A DNA stretch of 64,000 nt, taken from the NCBI GenBank assembly GCA_965198225.1, contig CBDAOY010000009.1, positions 672,001 to 736,000 of the forward strand, written 5' to 3'. Shown here in pieces: positions 63,178 through 64,000 of the stretch; within the stretch, counting starts at the first letter, position 1; each line of letters opens with the position of its first letter. Both the position numbers and the translations under genes were made by a program. The stretch is from Terriglobia bacterium (GTDB lineage Bacteria; Acidobacteriota; Terriglobia; 20CM-2-55-15). The notes below the pieces were generated by a model. It saw only the letters and a program-made list of their open reading frames with translations. It did not search any database and had not been told where the DNA came from.

Positions 63178-64000
63178 ATGAATACGAATACCAGCCATTT
63201 CAGGTGGCTCGCCGGGGTCTTCGCGATAGCGATGTTCCTGGCGTTCCAACCTGGTGCGTTCGCACAGGGCGGCTTTACGGCTGTAACGGGGAACGTTTCG
63301 GACCCGACCGGAGCCGTGATCCCTGGCGTTGAGGTCACCGTGACCAACGAGGCAACCGGAGCGTCGCGCCTCGTGATCACGAACGAGACCGGTTCCTATA
63401 CGGTCACACAGCTCCCACCCGGCACCTATGCGATCAGTGCGTCGCTGCCGGGATTCAGCACGCAGCAGTCGAGCGGAGTTGTGGCGCCCGTCGGCGAGAC
63501 GGTCGTCGTAAACCTCGCGCTGGAGGTCGGAGTCATTACCGACGTCGTCGACGTCATTGCCACAGCCGAAGCCGTCAACACGGTCGACGCAAAGCTCGGT
63601 GTCGGATTCGACACCCAGAAGATCATCGACCTGCCGCTGAATGCCCGGAACATCGTCGGCCTGCTCGGTCTACAGGCCGGCGTGCAGGTTTCCGATGTTC
63701 GGAAGAACAATAACACCGGCGAGGAAACCGACGACGGCGGCCAGGTCAACGGCGCGCGCAACGACCAGCAGAACATCGTCCTCGACGGTGTGAACATCAA
63801 CCGCCAGGAGAAGGGGTCTTCGCTCGAAGGCGCATTGCCGACCACGATCGATTCCATCCAGGAATTCCTCGTTCAGACGGCCGGGTCCGGCGGCACGGGT
63901 GCGCGCGGCAGCGGCGGCCAGGTGCAGCTCGTGACCAAGAGCGGCTCCAACGAATGGCACGGTTCCGCCTACGAGTTCTACCGGACGACTGGAACATCGG
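63178..64000 (+). CDS. TonB-dependent receptor with carboxypeptidase-regulatory-like N-terminus (Oar-like), partial
   Basis: GGAGG RBS; signal peptide; VTGNVSDPTGAVIPG, LPLNARN, VNGARNDQQNIVLDG, VTKSGSNEWHGS; runs off the window. Confidence 0.92.
   Translation, partial: MNTNTSHFRWLAGVFAIAMFLAFQPGAFAQGGFTAVTGNVSDPTGAVIPGVEVTVTNEATGASRLVITNETGSYTVTQLPPGTYAISASLPGFSTQQSSGVVAPVGETVVVNLALEVGVITDVVDVIATAEAVNTVDAKLGVGFDTQKIIDLPLNARNIVGLLGLQAGVQVSDVRKNNNTGEETDDGGQVNGARNDQQNIVLDGVNINRQEKGSSLEGALPTTIDSIQEFLVQTAGSGGTGARGSGGQVQLVTKSGSNEWHGSAYEFYRTTGTS

Overview
GC-rich bacterial chromosome segment that looks acidobacterial (VWA-domain protein, DUF1592/DUF1552/ankyrin module, Oar-like TonB receptor). The left arm (1-28.8 kb) is core or envelope DNA: nested MITEs, a broken TMTC-like/TPR gene, kdsD, a giant frameshifted surface protein, sugar-nucleotide genes, yebC-ruvC, MEMO1, thiolase and the DUF1592 module. 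It ends at tRNA-Ser(UGA). A heavily eroded accessory island of about 27 kb follows (28.8-55.5 kb). It holds IS1595, AIPR, SNF2 and McrB remnants, TA modules, IS4/IS21/IS256 fragments, a REase-TPR-GreA/B-C-PIN defence gene, a group II intron 3' end, and an ICE-like element (CI/Cro/AlpA, ArdC, putative relaxase, VirB2/3/4/9/10/11, VirD4, candidate oriT) whose control module is present twice. The island is fused abruptly to a truncated nuoG-like gene. The right arm carries rhodanese, a Gld-like ABC transporter, a candidate riboswitch and a TonB-dependent receptor. Several intergenic palindromes have arms of 7-9 nt tandem repeats, and one encloses a four-helix-bundle gene remnant. Many abrupt junctions, tandem duplications and 1-nt indels suggest assembly error as well as real decay. 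All calls come from reading motifs by eye; no searches were run.
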